Assembly (NCBI RefSeq): GCF_004010195.1
Contig: NC_057759.1
Span: 7,955,022 to 7,978,478, forward strand
DNA: 23,457 nucleotides
From: Chiloscyllium plagiosum
Lineage: Eukaryota
Direction of reading: 5' to 3'
Shown here: positions 1 through 11,331 of the stretch, in pieces
Numbering within the stretch: position 1 is the stretch's first letter
Layout: the number at the start of each line of letters is the position of its first letter
Made by a program: the position numbers and the translations under genes
Notes under the pieces: generated by a model
Database searches by the model: none
The model's input: only the letters and a program-made list of their open reading frames with translations
What the model was told of the DNA's origin: nothing

Positions 1-1820
1 GGGCCACATTGACTATCGGAAATAAGTCCTTTTGCCTTTCCAAATACACACAAATTCTGACCCTCAGGATTCCTTCCAACAACCTACTCTTCAAAAACAC
101 TGATGTCAGGCTCACTGGTCTATGGTTCCCTAGCTTTTCCTTACCATATTTCTTAAGTAGTCGTTCCCCATTAGTCAACCACCAGTCTTCTGATACCTCA
201 CTTGTGGCTATTGATGGTACAAATATCTCAGCAAGGGGCCCAGCAATCACTTGCTTAGCTTCCCACAGAGTTCTATGATATGCCTGATCAAGTGTGAGGA
301 TTTATCTACCTTTATGCGTTTTAAGGCGTCCAGTACCAACACCTCTGTAATATGGACATTTTTCAAAATGTCGCTATTTATTTCCCCATGTTCTCTATCT
401 TCCATATCCTCCTCCACAGTAAACACTCATGTGAAATACTTGTTTAGTATCTTTCCTCATCTCCTGCAGTTGCACGCATAGACTGCCTTGCTGATCTTTG
501 AGGGGCCCTATTCTCTCCCTAGTTACCCTTTTGTCCTTTATGTATTTGTAGATTCTCCTTGGCCTTATTTCCCAAAGCTCTCATGTCCCCTTTTTTGCCC
601 TCCTGATTTCCGTCTTAGTTATATTGTACTGCCTTTATACTGTTCACAAGATTCACTCAATCCCTGCTGTCTATACCTGACCAATGCTTCCTTCTTATTT
701 TTGACCAAAACATCAATATCTTTGGTCACCCAGCCTTGCCCTCTGCCCTAACAGGTATGTATTATCTCTGGACTCATTTTTGAAGGCTTCCCATGTTCTA
801 GCTGTCCTTTTACATGCAAACATCCACCCCAAATCAACTTTTGAAAGTTCTTGTTTAGTACCATCAAAATTGACCTTCCTCCAATTCAGATCTTTAAATT
901 TTAGATCTGGCCTATCCTTTTTCATCACTATTTTAAAACTAATAGAATTAAGGTCGCTGGCCCCAAAGTGCTCCCACACTGACACCTCAGTCACCTGCCC
1001 TGCCTTATTTCCCAAGAGTAGGTCAAGTTTAGCACTTTCTGTGGTAGGTACATCCACATACTGAGTGAGAAACTTTTTATGTACGCACTTAGCAATTTCC
1101 TCTCCATCCAGTCCCAATCTATATTTGGAAAGTTAAAATCTCCTATTGTTCTTACAGGTAACTGAGATCTCTGAACAAAGTTGTTTCTCAATTTCCTGTT
1201 GACTATTCGGGGAGTCTATAGTACAATCCCAAAAAAGGTGATTATACCTTTCTTTAGATTCCCTGCAATGTGCAAACAGGCCCTTCGGCCCAACAAGTCC
1301 ATACTGACCCTCTGAAGAGTAACCCACCCAGACCCATTTCCCTCTGACTAATGCACTTAACACTGTGGGCAATTTAGCATGGCCAATTCACCTGACCTGC
1401 ACATCTTTTGGACTGTGGGAGGAAACCGGAGCACCTGGAGAAAACTCATGCAGACATGGGGAGAATGTGCAAACTGTGAGGCAGCAGTGCTAACCACTGA
1501 GCCACCATGCCGTCCCAATTTCTCTTATTTCTCAATTCCACTCAAATATTTTCCCTGGACGTATTCGCAGGACAATCCTTTCTAATTATATCCGTAACAT
1601 TGTCTCTAATTGAAAATGCCAATCTCCCTCCTCTGTTGCCACCCCCCCTCCCCAGCAATCCTATCTAAACTGTGGAACATTAAACTGCCAGTTCTGTCCA
1701 TCCCAGAACTGCGTCTCTAATCGCTATGATATCCCAGTCCATTTTTCCATCCTGAATTCATCTGCCTTACCTGTTGGGCTTCTTGCATTGAAATAAATGC
1801 AGTTTAATTTCTCAGTCCTA
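1..1820 (-). mobile_element. Decayed CR1/HER1-type LINE ORF2 fragment (endonuclease to linker), interrupted by a SINE at about 1252-1515
   Basis: Minus-strand peptides GDFNFPNIDW, LDLLLGNKAGQVTEVSVWEHFGASD. Aligns by eye with the + strand copy at 14590-16450. Stops and frameshifts are present. Confidence 0.9.
1252..1515 (-). mobile_element. HE1-type tRNA-derived SINE with an internal deletion
   Basis: Shares the blocks gcagcagtgctaaccactg, ctgcacatcttttggactgtgggaggaaaccggagcacc and caggcccttcggcccaacaagtcc with the other copies. The B-box segment is missing. Confidence 0.9.
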
Positions 1821-1857
1821 AATGAAACTGAGGAGATTTCAGAACAAGGGAAATTAT

Positions 1858-2194
1858 AGCATAGAATGTCCACCATGCGGAAGCAGGCCATTCAACCCAT
1901 CGAGTCCACACTGACCATCTGAGAACATCTGACCCAAACCCACCCTATCCTTGCAAGTCTGCATTTTCCATGACTAATCCACCTAGCCTGCATGTACCTG
2001 GACACTATGGGCAATTCGATATGGCCAGTGTACCTAATCTGCAAATTATTGGACTGTGGGAGAAAACCTGAGCACCCGGAGGAGATCCTTGCAGGCACTG
2101 AGAATGTTCAAACTCCACACAGATCGTTGCCAATGGCAGAATTGAACACCGGTCCTTGGCGTTGTGAGGTAGCAGTGCTAGCCACAGTGCCACA
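1858..2194 (-). mobile_element. HE1-type SINE, diverged
   Basis: Same conserved SINE blocks (ggactgtgggagaaaacctgagcacccggagga; gtagcagtgctagccac). Confidence 0.85.
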
Positions 2195-2726
2195 AAAGGA
2201 AAAGTGTTTCCTCTAATTTGGATCAAGATTTTGAATCCAGTTCTTGGGAAATACGGAATCATTAACATTTAATGGCTTTTATATGGTAATCTAGACCGTA
2301 AATATCAAGATGCCAGTCAGAGCTTTTTGAACTTGACGCTAGCAAGTCTGACCCAGGAAGTTAGAATGTCAGGCATCAGAGAAAACTCATTCTCGTCTTT
2401 ACAATCATCTGAAAATCCACTCCAAGTCAAACTCTAGCCTGACTTGGAAACATTTTCATTGGGTCACAATCCTGGAATTCCCTTCCCACTGGCAGTGTGG
2501 TTGTCTTTACATGCCAGGGACTGCAGTAGTTTAAAACGGCAGCGCACCTTGAGAATATTTAGGGATGAACAAGAAATGCTGGTCCAGACAGTGAAACCAA
2601 CATGCCATGAACAAATGAAAAAAGCAAACAAAGCATGAGACAAAGGTTTTTATTTTGCAGAAAAGAAATTAGGTAGTCTTGTTTGCACCTCAACTTAAGA
2701 TACTAAGGTTAGGTGATTCTTAATCA

Positions 2727-3063
2727 CAGAATGTAGTAAGAAAACATTCAGCCCTTTGAGACTGCACCAACCATCCAAACAGCATTCCATCCAGACTAGC
2801 TAGACCCTATCACCATAACCAGAGATTTACCATGCTGATCGACCTACACTGCACATCCCTGGACATTGCAGGGCAATTTAGCAAGCGTAATCCATCTAAC
2901 CTGCACATCTTCGTACTGTGGGAGGAAGTTGGAGCACCAAATGGGAATCCACATAGACACTGAGAACAGGCAAACCTTACACAGACTTACCCGAGGCTGG
3001 AATCGAACCAGGGTCCCCGTCGCTGTTAAGCAGCAGTGCTAACTAATGAGTCACCATGCTGCC
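2727..3063 (-). mobile_element. HE1-type SINE, old and diverged
   Basis: ctaacctgcacatcttcgtactgtgggagga ... ggctggaatcgaaccagggtcc ... cagcagtgctaac. Confidence 0.85.
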
Positions 3064-3259
3064 GAACCTCCAGTCTTTCACCTGAATGATGCTCCCTTGT
3101 CATTGACCCTAAAAGTAAATGGAATAGTTGCTTTCTATTCATCCAGTCGCTACCCTGCAACGTTATGCTTCCTCAAGGACCAATCAAATGATTAAGATAA
3201 TCCAGAAGATCATTCGCCTTGGCCTTCTCCAGTGATCCCTTGAATTTGCACTGGACTGA

Positions 3260-3745
3260 GTATGGCATCAATATAGCAAAACTGTAGTCAATCAGAACTG
3301 GGGGAAAACTCTTTGCTGTTTGGGATCAGACTTTGCACAGAAGAAGGAGTTAGTTGTTAAAGGTCAGTCATCTCAGCTTCAGGAGATCTCTGAAGGAGTT
3401 CCTCAGGGTAGTGTCCTAGGACCAACCTTCCCTCCATCATAAGGTCAGAACTAGGCCTAGCCAGTGACACCAATATCTCAAGTGAAGAAAAAAGTATCTG
3501 CAAGCTTCTTTATCATGCCCTCTTCTCGATGTTTCTCTCTTCTCCTCTCCTCCCCCACCACATCTTTTCTACATATCATAAACAATGATAGATCCAGCAC
3601 CGATTTCTGGGGTGCACCAATGGTCTCTAGTCTCATAAACAGGTTCAATTGCCATCCTTTGTCTTCTACTGCTAGATTAATTTTGGATCCAACTTGACAG
3701 TTACTCTGGATCCCACATACTTTTACCCTCTTTATCAGTCTCCTT
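3260..3745. mobile_element. Old CR1/L2 reverse-transcriptase fragments in both orientations
   Basis: ggagttcctcagggtagtgtcctaggacc (GVPQGSVLGP) on + near 3395-3425, and GAPQKSVLDLSLFMI on - near 3570-3625. Confidence 0.6.
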
Positions 3746-4407
3746 CCCATCATCAGCATTTATACCAACCTTTTCCTAGCTATATTCCATTCTGAAGAAA
3801 TGTTATTGAACCTATTATGTTAAGTCTACTTTCCTTCCACAGATGCTGCCAAACATGCTGAGTTTTTCCAGCGATTACATTTTGTTTCTGATTTCCAGCA
3901 TCCATAGACCTTTCATCTTTTGTTTATTAAAATAGGAATTTTTAAACCATGAGTTGGAAGTTTTTAGGAGAAGTTCAAAGACATTCTGAATTCAGATCTT
4001 GAGCACAGTGCTGTATTTTGTTTCCTGAGAACTCACAATGAAGGTCAAAGCAATGTGAGAAAGGTTGGTCCATATGTGAGCTTAATCCAAAAATACTCAG
4101 AATTGCCAGCATCATGACCAAAGAACAGTTCTATAAAAACAGGCCACAACCAGAACATTCAGTTGCAATTTACCTCCTCCTGAGGAAGGCTGTAGACTGT
4201 TGATTAGTTTCAGGACAATGTGATTTTTCTTTCTCCCTTATTTCCCCTTGCCTGCCTCAGTCTGTGGTACTTGAAAGGTGGCCTGTTGTCTGACTTCTTC
4301 ACCACTTTGCCTGCCCATTTTAATTCATTCCATTTTAATTCATTCCTCTTTAACCTGCCCTCCATTTCCATTGTTTTGCTGTGGGCGAGATGCTGTGGCA
4401 TTTGTTT

Positions 4408-4708
4408 TTACAGATTTACAGATTTCTTACAGTGTGGAAACAGGCCCTTCAGCCTAACAAGTCCACACCGACCCGCCGAAGAGCAACCCACCCAGACCTA
4501 TTCCCCTACATTTACCCCTTCACCCAACAGTTCGGACAATTCACCTAACCTGCACATTTTTGGACTGTGGGAGGAAACTGGAGGAAACCCACGCATGCAC
4601 GGGGAGAATGTGCAAACTCCACACAGACAGTTGCCTGAGGTGGGAATTAAACCCGGGTCTCTGGCGCTGTGAGGCAGCAGTGCTAACCACTGTGCCACCG
4701 TGCCGCCC
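4408..4708 (-). mobile_element. HE1-type SINE, young
   Basis: Nearly collinear with the copies at 14235-14540 and 21345-21672. The reverse strand begins ggcggcacggtggcacagtggttagcac. Confidence 0.93.
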
Positions 4709-4824
4709 ATTTGTTTGGAATGATTTTCTTTATTTCTGCTTCCAAAGGATGTGGGTGTTACTGACTAGGCCAGCATTTGTTACCCTTTGAGCCAAATAGT
4801 TTGCTTGGCCATTCCAGTGGTCAG

Positions 4825-5440
4825 TGCTATGGACCAGGCCAGACCCCCTCAAAACATTTCAAGAAGTTAGCCCAGACCCTAACCTTTGTAGTTGTTTTAA
4901 GCAGATGTAAAGTGGATATTCCAGGAGTGACATGGCTGACCCACCCACTCAGTTTTGAATAAAGTAATGTATTTACATATGAATAAAAGAAAACCAAATT
5001 TAGAATAACATAACTATTTGAAAAACCAACCAACATGAGGACAATCTTAATGATACTGTTCTAAGTGCTTACAACATTCCCATAAACACCCCCTTGGCAA
5101 AAAAATAATATCAAACAGGTTCTTACAGGAAAGATGTCAGATAGAGAGAGGATTAACTTGGAACTGCTTCTTTGCGTCCCCTGCAGTTTCTCTGGGTTCC
5201 CAGCTAAAACTTGACCAGCAGCTGCAAACAAAACAACCAGACTGCTAAAACCAAACCAAACCAAATCCTGAACTGGGAGAACTGACCATTCCCCTTTCAT
5301 TGTCCAAGTGTTTTAAAACAAAGACTTAAAAGCATTCTGAAGTAGATAAACCCAGACATATTAGAAACCCTGACTTTATGACTTCTCTGGAAAAACACCC
5401 AGGGACAACAAAACCTTATTAAAGAAGCAGCATCGACACA
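4825..5440. mobile_element. Probable solo LTR (TG...CA)
   Basis: Starts tgctatggaccag and ends gcagcatcgacaca. Flanked by tcag/gcag (imperfect 4-bp TSD). Collinear with 11332-11961. Confidence 0.6.
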
Positions 5441-6027
5441 GCAGTTAAGATCAGGTAGACCTGGTAAGGGTGATGTCTGTCCTTCCCTGAAGGACGTTAG
5501 TGAATCAGATGAATTTTTGCCACAATTAATAGTTTCATGGCCATCAATGTAGGCTGTGTACACCTCTTTCTTCTTGATGCTTTTACAGTACATTCCCCAG
5601 TAGAATGAGGAGGATATCAGTGCAGTATAATGGTGGATTTGGAATTCAGTTTGACACCAAGCTACTTTTCTACCTTATATAAGATTGCACTAATGTCTGA
5701 TATAAAGGAAGAGTCATTTTACTCGGAATGATAACTCTTCGTGATTCACAGATGCTGCCAGACCTGAGTTTCTCCAGTATTTTGTGATTTTATTTTAGAT
5801 TTGCAGCATCCACATCACTACTTTTATTTGAAAGATCGCTGGCACATAGTGGTTATTATTTCAGAATATTTTACTGACCTTGTTTTAAACCCATGTTTTG
5901 CTAGTTTGAAAACTAAACTCTTGAAATGATATTTATCACAGACTTTTCATCACAATGTTCACCATAGATAATCAATTTGGAGAGGGTTTCTATTTCGCCA
6001 CCGTAACATCCTCTGCCTTTTGCACTG

Positions 6028-6345
6028 AATCATAGAATCCCTACAGTGCAGAAACAGGCCCTTCGGCTCAACAAGTCCATACCGACCCTCTGAAGAGTAA
6101 CTCATCCCTACTACTCTACATTTCCCTACTACTCTGCATTTATACCTAACCTACACATTCCTGAATATTACAAGCAATTTAGCATGGCCAATTCACCTAA
6201 CCTTCACATCTTTGGATTGTGGCAGGAAACCAGAGGAAACCCACACAGACACTGGGAGAATGTGTAAACTCCACACAGACAGTCGCCGGAATCGAACTTG
6301 GGTCCCTGTGCTGAGAGGCAGCTGTGCTAACCATTGTGCCATTGT
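6028..6345 (-). mobile_element. HE1-type SINE
   Basis: Conserved SINE blocks and CR1-like tail (atcatagaatccctacagtgcagaaacaggcccttcggc). Confidence 0.88.
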
Positions 6346-6449
6346 ATCGACCCCCCCCAAAATAAAACAACCAAAATGTATGCATGTTTAAATGGATTTT
6401 CTGCCACTATCTAATAAATACACTTATTACTGTAATATATATTTTCCAG

Positions 6450-6564
6450 ATTGGGACAGTGCGATTCTTGGCAATGAGACTTTGTTGGATACAGCTTCGA
6501 GATTTGTCCTTGCAGCTCTTTTAAAGCACACAGGTTTACTAAATCAAGTCTGTGGTGAAAGCAG
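6450..6564 (+). CDS. HERC1: HERC1 internal coding exon (D)WDSAILGNETLLDTASRFVLAALLKHTGLLNQVCGES(R)
   Basis: Pyrimidine tract and acceptor ttttccAG at 6448-6449. The peptide closely resembles human HERC1 as recalled (DWDSATLSNESLLDTVSRFVLAALLKHTNLLSQACGESR). Ends at AG|gcaagt (GC donor), phase 2. Confidence 0.93.
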
Positions 6565-9526
6565 GCAAGTGAAAAGTATTCGTTCAATGTACTTGTCTGA
6601 TCTGAAACTGAATTTTTGTTTGTGTGTGATGTTCTTTGTGTGATCTTGGCACCGTTATATAGATATGTCAAATTTACTAGATTTCTTAAGATAGCACAAT
6701 GTGACTGTGAGACAGGTGAATGATTTTTAGATTATTCTTATGCAATTACTCCATAACTGGGTTTGTATACAGGCAAGACTAAATGTGTTATTCAGGTCAA
6801 GCTGGACTGGAAGGCAGGAGAAAATTGGAACGGAAAGAGGAGAGAAGGAAAGGGAAGGTATTGAACAGGAACAGGGTGAAAGGGAAGGAGAAAGGGGGGA
6901 GGGATTTGGGGATGAGAGGCAAACTTCTGTGTGTGACAAACGTTGGACCTCTTTGGTGGAATTGGAAGGGAGGAGGTTGTTTTAATGCTGAATCTCTTCC
7001 ATCATGGGCTAACCTTCAATCTCAGTTGGGGAAGCGTCTTGGTTTCATTCTGTCACCACCTACTGGGAATCTAAATAAAGCAGGAGCAAATTGATTTCCA
7101 TACTAGGGCACAAGGGTAGAGAAGAACCCCGAGTCAAAAGCGTTATACTAATTTAACATTGTGCTTTTGTCATCTTGTTTGGCAATGTGAATAAGTAGAA
7201 TATAACTCATAGCAGTTATTCAGTATATACGAAAGTTCATTCAGTATTCATTCAAAATGGCAGAATTTCTGAAGTTATTGGTTCCCTGGCTGAGAAAAAA
7301 AAATCTGAGTCCAATTCTGTATGAGGCACTACTGTAGTCAAGGACCGTTCATGTGAAAATAGGAGGTGACTTGCTGACAGGATATTAGCCTCTGTGGAAT
7401 TATTTCAATGGCAACAAAAGTAAAGCATGATCCCAAATAAGTTTGCTCATAACAGTCAGGCTAAATATTTTGCATGTCATACCTTTGTTTGGAAAGCACT
7501 TACTTGTTCGACCCTGCTGTCGAGGACTGGGTCCAATGCATAGAAAGAATAAGTTATTTTGTTTGGGCAAATGACACTATCGTGGCAGATAATAAACAGC
7601 AAGTAATTCTCCTGACAGCCTGTGGAGCTGCAGCTTCTCTGTCATTGGGAGACTAACTATCCCTGAGGCACCAGATACTAAAATATTTCAAGAATTGACT
7701 GACATAATTAAATAATAATAATGACCCCCAAGCCACCTGTAATTCTGAGATGCTGTTTCATTTACTTGGCAATTCAACAACCAGAGGAAACTGTGTGTTG
7801 GGATTTTTGACAAGGTTAAGACAACTGGCGGAAGCCTGTGAATTTGGTTTAACCCTTAATTAGATGCTTAAGGACTGTCTGGTATGCCAGGATTAACGAT
7901 GTAACCATACAAAACACCCGCTTTGCTGAGTCCAAGTGGATTTCAAACAGTTACTACACCTGACTTCATCAATGGAAAATGTGGCAAGTGGAGCATATGA
8001 GTTGCAAGATATTCCGATGGAAGCGGACATCCCTCGCCAGTCTGACTGAGCTTCAGGCATACCACTTGATTGCAGGTATTTGCACACTTCACTCAGGACG
8101 TAACCTGACCAGAGGGATTCTTGGTTGGCCCACAGCAAAACTCCAAAACAAAGCTGAGCCTTGGCCAAGCAGTTAATGTTTTCTTCAGGATTCTGACTGG
8201 TAAGCCATTGTAGTTGTTGTTGGTATGTGGACTCAAGAAAGCAAATAGGTGCTACCACACCTAAATCGAGTAAGAGAGCACACATAGAATAGTATCCAGG
8301 AGAATCCATACCTTGGAAAGCCCACCTACATCTGGTTTGAAACAGTAAAGTTGCTTAGCAACATCAAAATCAGAACCAATTATGATAAATATCTTGTTAA
8401 ATAGTTATCTCGTTCTACTGGAGGCCAATACCAGTGCAGCTGTATCAGTGATCATGAAAACTGTTTTTAATAAAATTTGCTCTGGACTCCAGTCCCTAAC
8501 TTTGTACAAAACCTCAGCTAGGCTGAGAACCTATACCAAGGAACCTTTGCATATCAACTGTTAAGTTACAACTGTTGTAAAGATACAACTTCGCTTCCGG
8601 TCTCTTATGAAAAGCAGCTAGTTAAGTTACCAGTGATTGTAGTAAAAGGCTTGGACCCAATCTTAATGAGGTGAAATTGGTTGTGAGAGATTTATTTAGA
8701 TTGGCTCAACAACTTTCAAGTAGAAAATTGCTGCCTGATTGAAGCCCTAATTAAGTATCTGGAAGTCTTCCTGGAAGGTTTAAGGAATATAAAGGAATAA
8801 AGCGGTCTTTATGGACCTAGAGAGACCAGCTCACTGTAGAGGATGACATATGAGAGCAAAAGGGATTGTCCCAAACATAGGTTGCTTTTAAATACTGGCA
8901 GAGCTTTACCAGTGCCATCTAGGGGTCTCCAACATGAAGATTTTGACTAGAGGTTATGTCTGGTGGCCAGGCCCAGCCACAGATGTAATCGCATTGGTGG
9001 GGAAGTGTCAACAAGGTCAAAAGCGCTGACAGAAGTCCCTCCAAATTCGTGGGAATGGCTGGGTGAACCCTGGACTTAGTTGCACATTGATTATGCAGGC
9101 TCTTTCATGGGTTCTATGTTCTCAGTCATTGTAGGCAGCCTACTCAAACTGGTTGGACGTGCATAGGCTCCATTCGTCTCTCACTGGGCGATGTAAAAAG
9201 CTGCACATAGTTTGCTACACACAGAGGACCAGAAATGTTGGTCACAGATAAAGGGCCATGATTTTACCAGCAGAGAATTTGATTATTTCTTGGAGTTGAA
9301 TGGAATTTAACATAGAAGGACAGCTCCATACCACCCATCATCAAATGGCCTGGCAAAAAGAGCAGTCCAGACTTCAAAGGTTTGGCTGAAAAAGCCACCT
9401 ACAGCCTTGCTAGATAGATCATAGAATCACCCTACATGTCAGTATAGAGATTTAGTACTGGCAGATTTGCTAATAGGTAGAAGACTCTGTGTCAGGTTAA
9501 GTCTGATCTTTTCAGACCTGGTGGGA

Positions 9527-9584
9527 AGGTGAAACTGCATCAGGTGAAACTGCATCAGGTGAAACTGCATCAGGTGAAACTGCA
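9527..9584. repeat. Perfect 15-bp tandem repeat (AGGTGAAACTGCATC) x3 plus 13 nt
   Basis: Directly visible. It produces MQFHL repeats in ORF 9439..9657. Confidence 0.97.
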
Positions 9585-10013
9585 ATGTTGGACCCAAAAC
9601 TCCGGCAATTGCGAGAAAGTGTTTGATAGAGGGGATGAAGTTTTGTGTAAGAATCATGGAAATAACATCACATGGTCAACTTGAGGTCAGGACTGATATA
9701 TAAAGTTTGGGTTGGTGCAATGGTTCTGAATAAATATGTGACTACATGAAAGCTGTGGATTCTCAAACGATGAGGGAGCAAAATGTGTCCTGCTCTTTGG
9801 AATTATCAAAAATGCTGCCAGATCCTGTGGATATGCTCTCTTTGTGAAATGTTGTTGAGTCCTCAATCAGAGATAGAGAGGATGGAAGTAGTCACTTCAA
9901 TGTCCTTGCCGCTGGAAGAAGAAAGTGAAATTCTACTGAGGCATTACTGGTGCAAGAGATGATCTAGCATGTGCTGCATGCTCTCTCTGTCAGTTGCTGA
10001 GTCAGAGGAGCCT

Positions 10014-10217
10014 AGCAGAAGTAGGTACTGCAGATGCTGGAGATTAGAGTCAAGATTAATGGTGCTGGAAAAGCACAGCAGGTCACTCAGCATCCGAGGA
10101 ACAGGAAAATCGACGTTTCGGGCAAAAGCCATTCATTAGGAATTCCTGTCGATTTTCCTGCTCCTCGGATGCTGCCTGACCTGCTGTGCATTTCCCGCAC
10201 CACTCTAATCTTGACTC
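10014..10217. mobile_element. Palindromic Penelope-like (pseudo-LTR derived) non-autonomous element inserted in the Gypsy
   Basis: Arms 10047-~10114 and ~10148-10217 are reverse complements. Flanked by tcagaggagcct / tcagaggaacct. A degenerate hammerhead motif lies on the minus strand in the loop. Confidence 0.75.
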
Positions 10218-10809
10218 AGAGGAACCTGACATGATGCTAAAACGCCTAAGAAAGCTATCCAAGAGATCTCAGTGAGTCCCTCTCTTGCCCTCCTTGAAGA
10301 AGCTCTCTTCCTCCCTCTACAAAGATCTCAGTGAGTCCCTCTCTCACTGCACCCCCCAGGTTGCCTTCCTATCCAAGAGATAGGACAAGCCTGTGTCCAC
10401 AGACTCTAAGTCAGCTAGCTGGACCTCATGGAATAAGTTCCCGGATTGGGGCTATTAATTAGATCCAATCAGGCAGCTCTGGCTATCAAAAATGTTAAGT
10501 ATTAGAGATACTGACATTTTGGTGGCTGACTCTTTATGATGTTCTAATATGGGTTTTATCTCATCTTCATAAAGTGGAACTTCTCAGTTGCATCTCAACA
10601 ACATGTATTAACAATCTATAAATGATGGTAAGGCTACAAACAGCATGCTCTGCACTGCACAGATTCTAACTTTCTAGAGGAGTACAAACATACGACTACT
10701 GAGATTACAGTTACACCACTGCTTACCACAGAAGCTTGCCATAAAGCCTTACCTTGAAAGATGTGATGAAATTGTTCTTAACTGAGTCGATGTCTAAAGT
10801 AGGACCTGA

Positions 10810-11065
10810 TTAAAGTAATTCCAGAAAGGCCAGTATCCCATCACCAAGTCATCCTTGACTATAGTACTGCCTCACACAGAGCCAACCATCAAAACATCAG
10901 TATCTCTAATACTTAACATTTTTGACAGGCAGAGCTGCCTGACTGGGGCTATTAATCAGATCCAATCAGGAACTTATTCCATGAGGATTGACTAGCTGAC
11001 TTTGCTATAATTACTATATCCCTCCCTCTTGGTCTGTGGACAGTCTCTTGTCCTACCTCTTGGAT
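10810..11065 (-). mobile_element. Gypsy 3' end plus LTR of the same family, inverted
   Basis: The reverse complement reads atccaagaggtaggacaag...gagggaggga (PPT-like), then an LTR matching 10410-10533 and ending like the 5' LTR at 7315-7407. Confidence 0.7.
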
Positions 11066-11331
11066 ACTTTATGCACCATTATAAAAACACACCATATTTC
11101 TAGTACTGGTGTACAGTGCAGTTCTCATGCTCTAAGCCCTCCTCGACGATAAAGCTTTGTTAATTTTACAAGGCTTTCTCCAAAATGCCTCAACACAGCA
11201 ATATATGTGGTAGATCAAAGAGCCCATGGAGTTCAGTCTGGTTAGCTGACTATATAATTTGACAAGTTATTACATGAGTTACAATTGTCTTTGGAAAAGG
11301 AACAGACTAACTTCTTGAAAATTGATTTCAC

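Larger units (their letters stand above)
7315..10535 (+). mobile_element. Degraded Ty3/Gypsy LTR retrotransposon with gag, protease and integrase remnants. RT/RNaseH appears largely deleted
   Basis: Partial 5' LTR ending ggaattatttca followed by tggcaac (PBS-like) near 7408. Gag-like FDPAVEDWVQCIERISYF...VILLTACG from 7474. Protease-like VLLEANTSAAVSVI near 8410. Integrase-like WEWLGEPW.LHIDYAGSFMG near 9050 and APYHPSSNGLAKRAVQT near 9320. Partial LTR at about 10410-10535. Confidence 0.8.

Noticed and set aside
4315..4346. 15-bp tandem duplication ccattttaattcatt x2
   Set aside because: An ordinary two-copy slippage duplication.
3789..5815. Hammerhead remnants in old Penelope-like fragments (about 3789-3905 and 5695-5815; also 18660-18780 and 21770-21860)
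   Set aside because: Too decayed. The GAAA and stem II elements are not intact, so no ribozyme is claimed.
6392..6643. Whole 83-aa ORF as a standalone gene
   Set aside because: Only 6450-6564 is exon. The flanks are intron read-through. The same applies to ORF 18210..18401.
6800..6920. Purine-rich GA tract giving E/R/G-rich ORFs
   Set aside because: Low-complexity sequence with no evidence of coding or specific function.
9527..9584. CRISPR-like array
   Set aside because: Head-to-tail 15-mers with no spacers, no cas genes and a vertebrate context.
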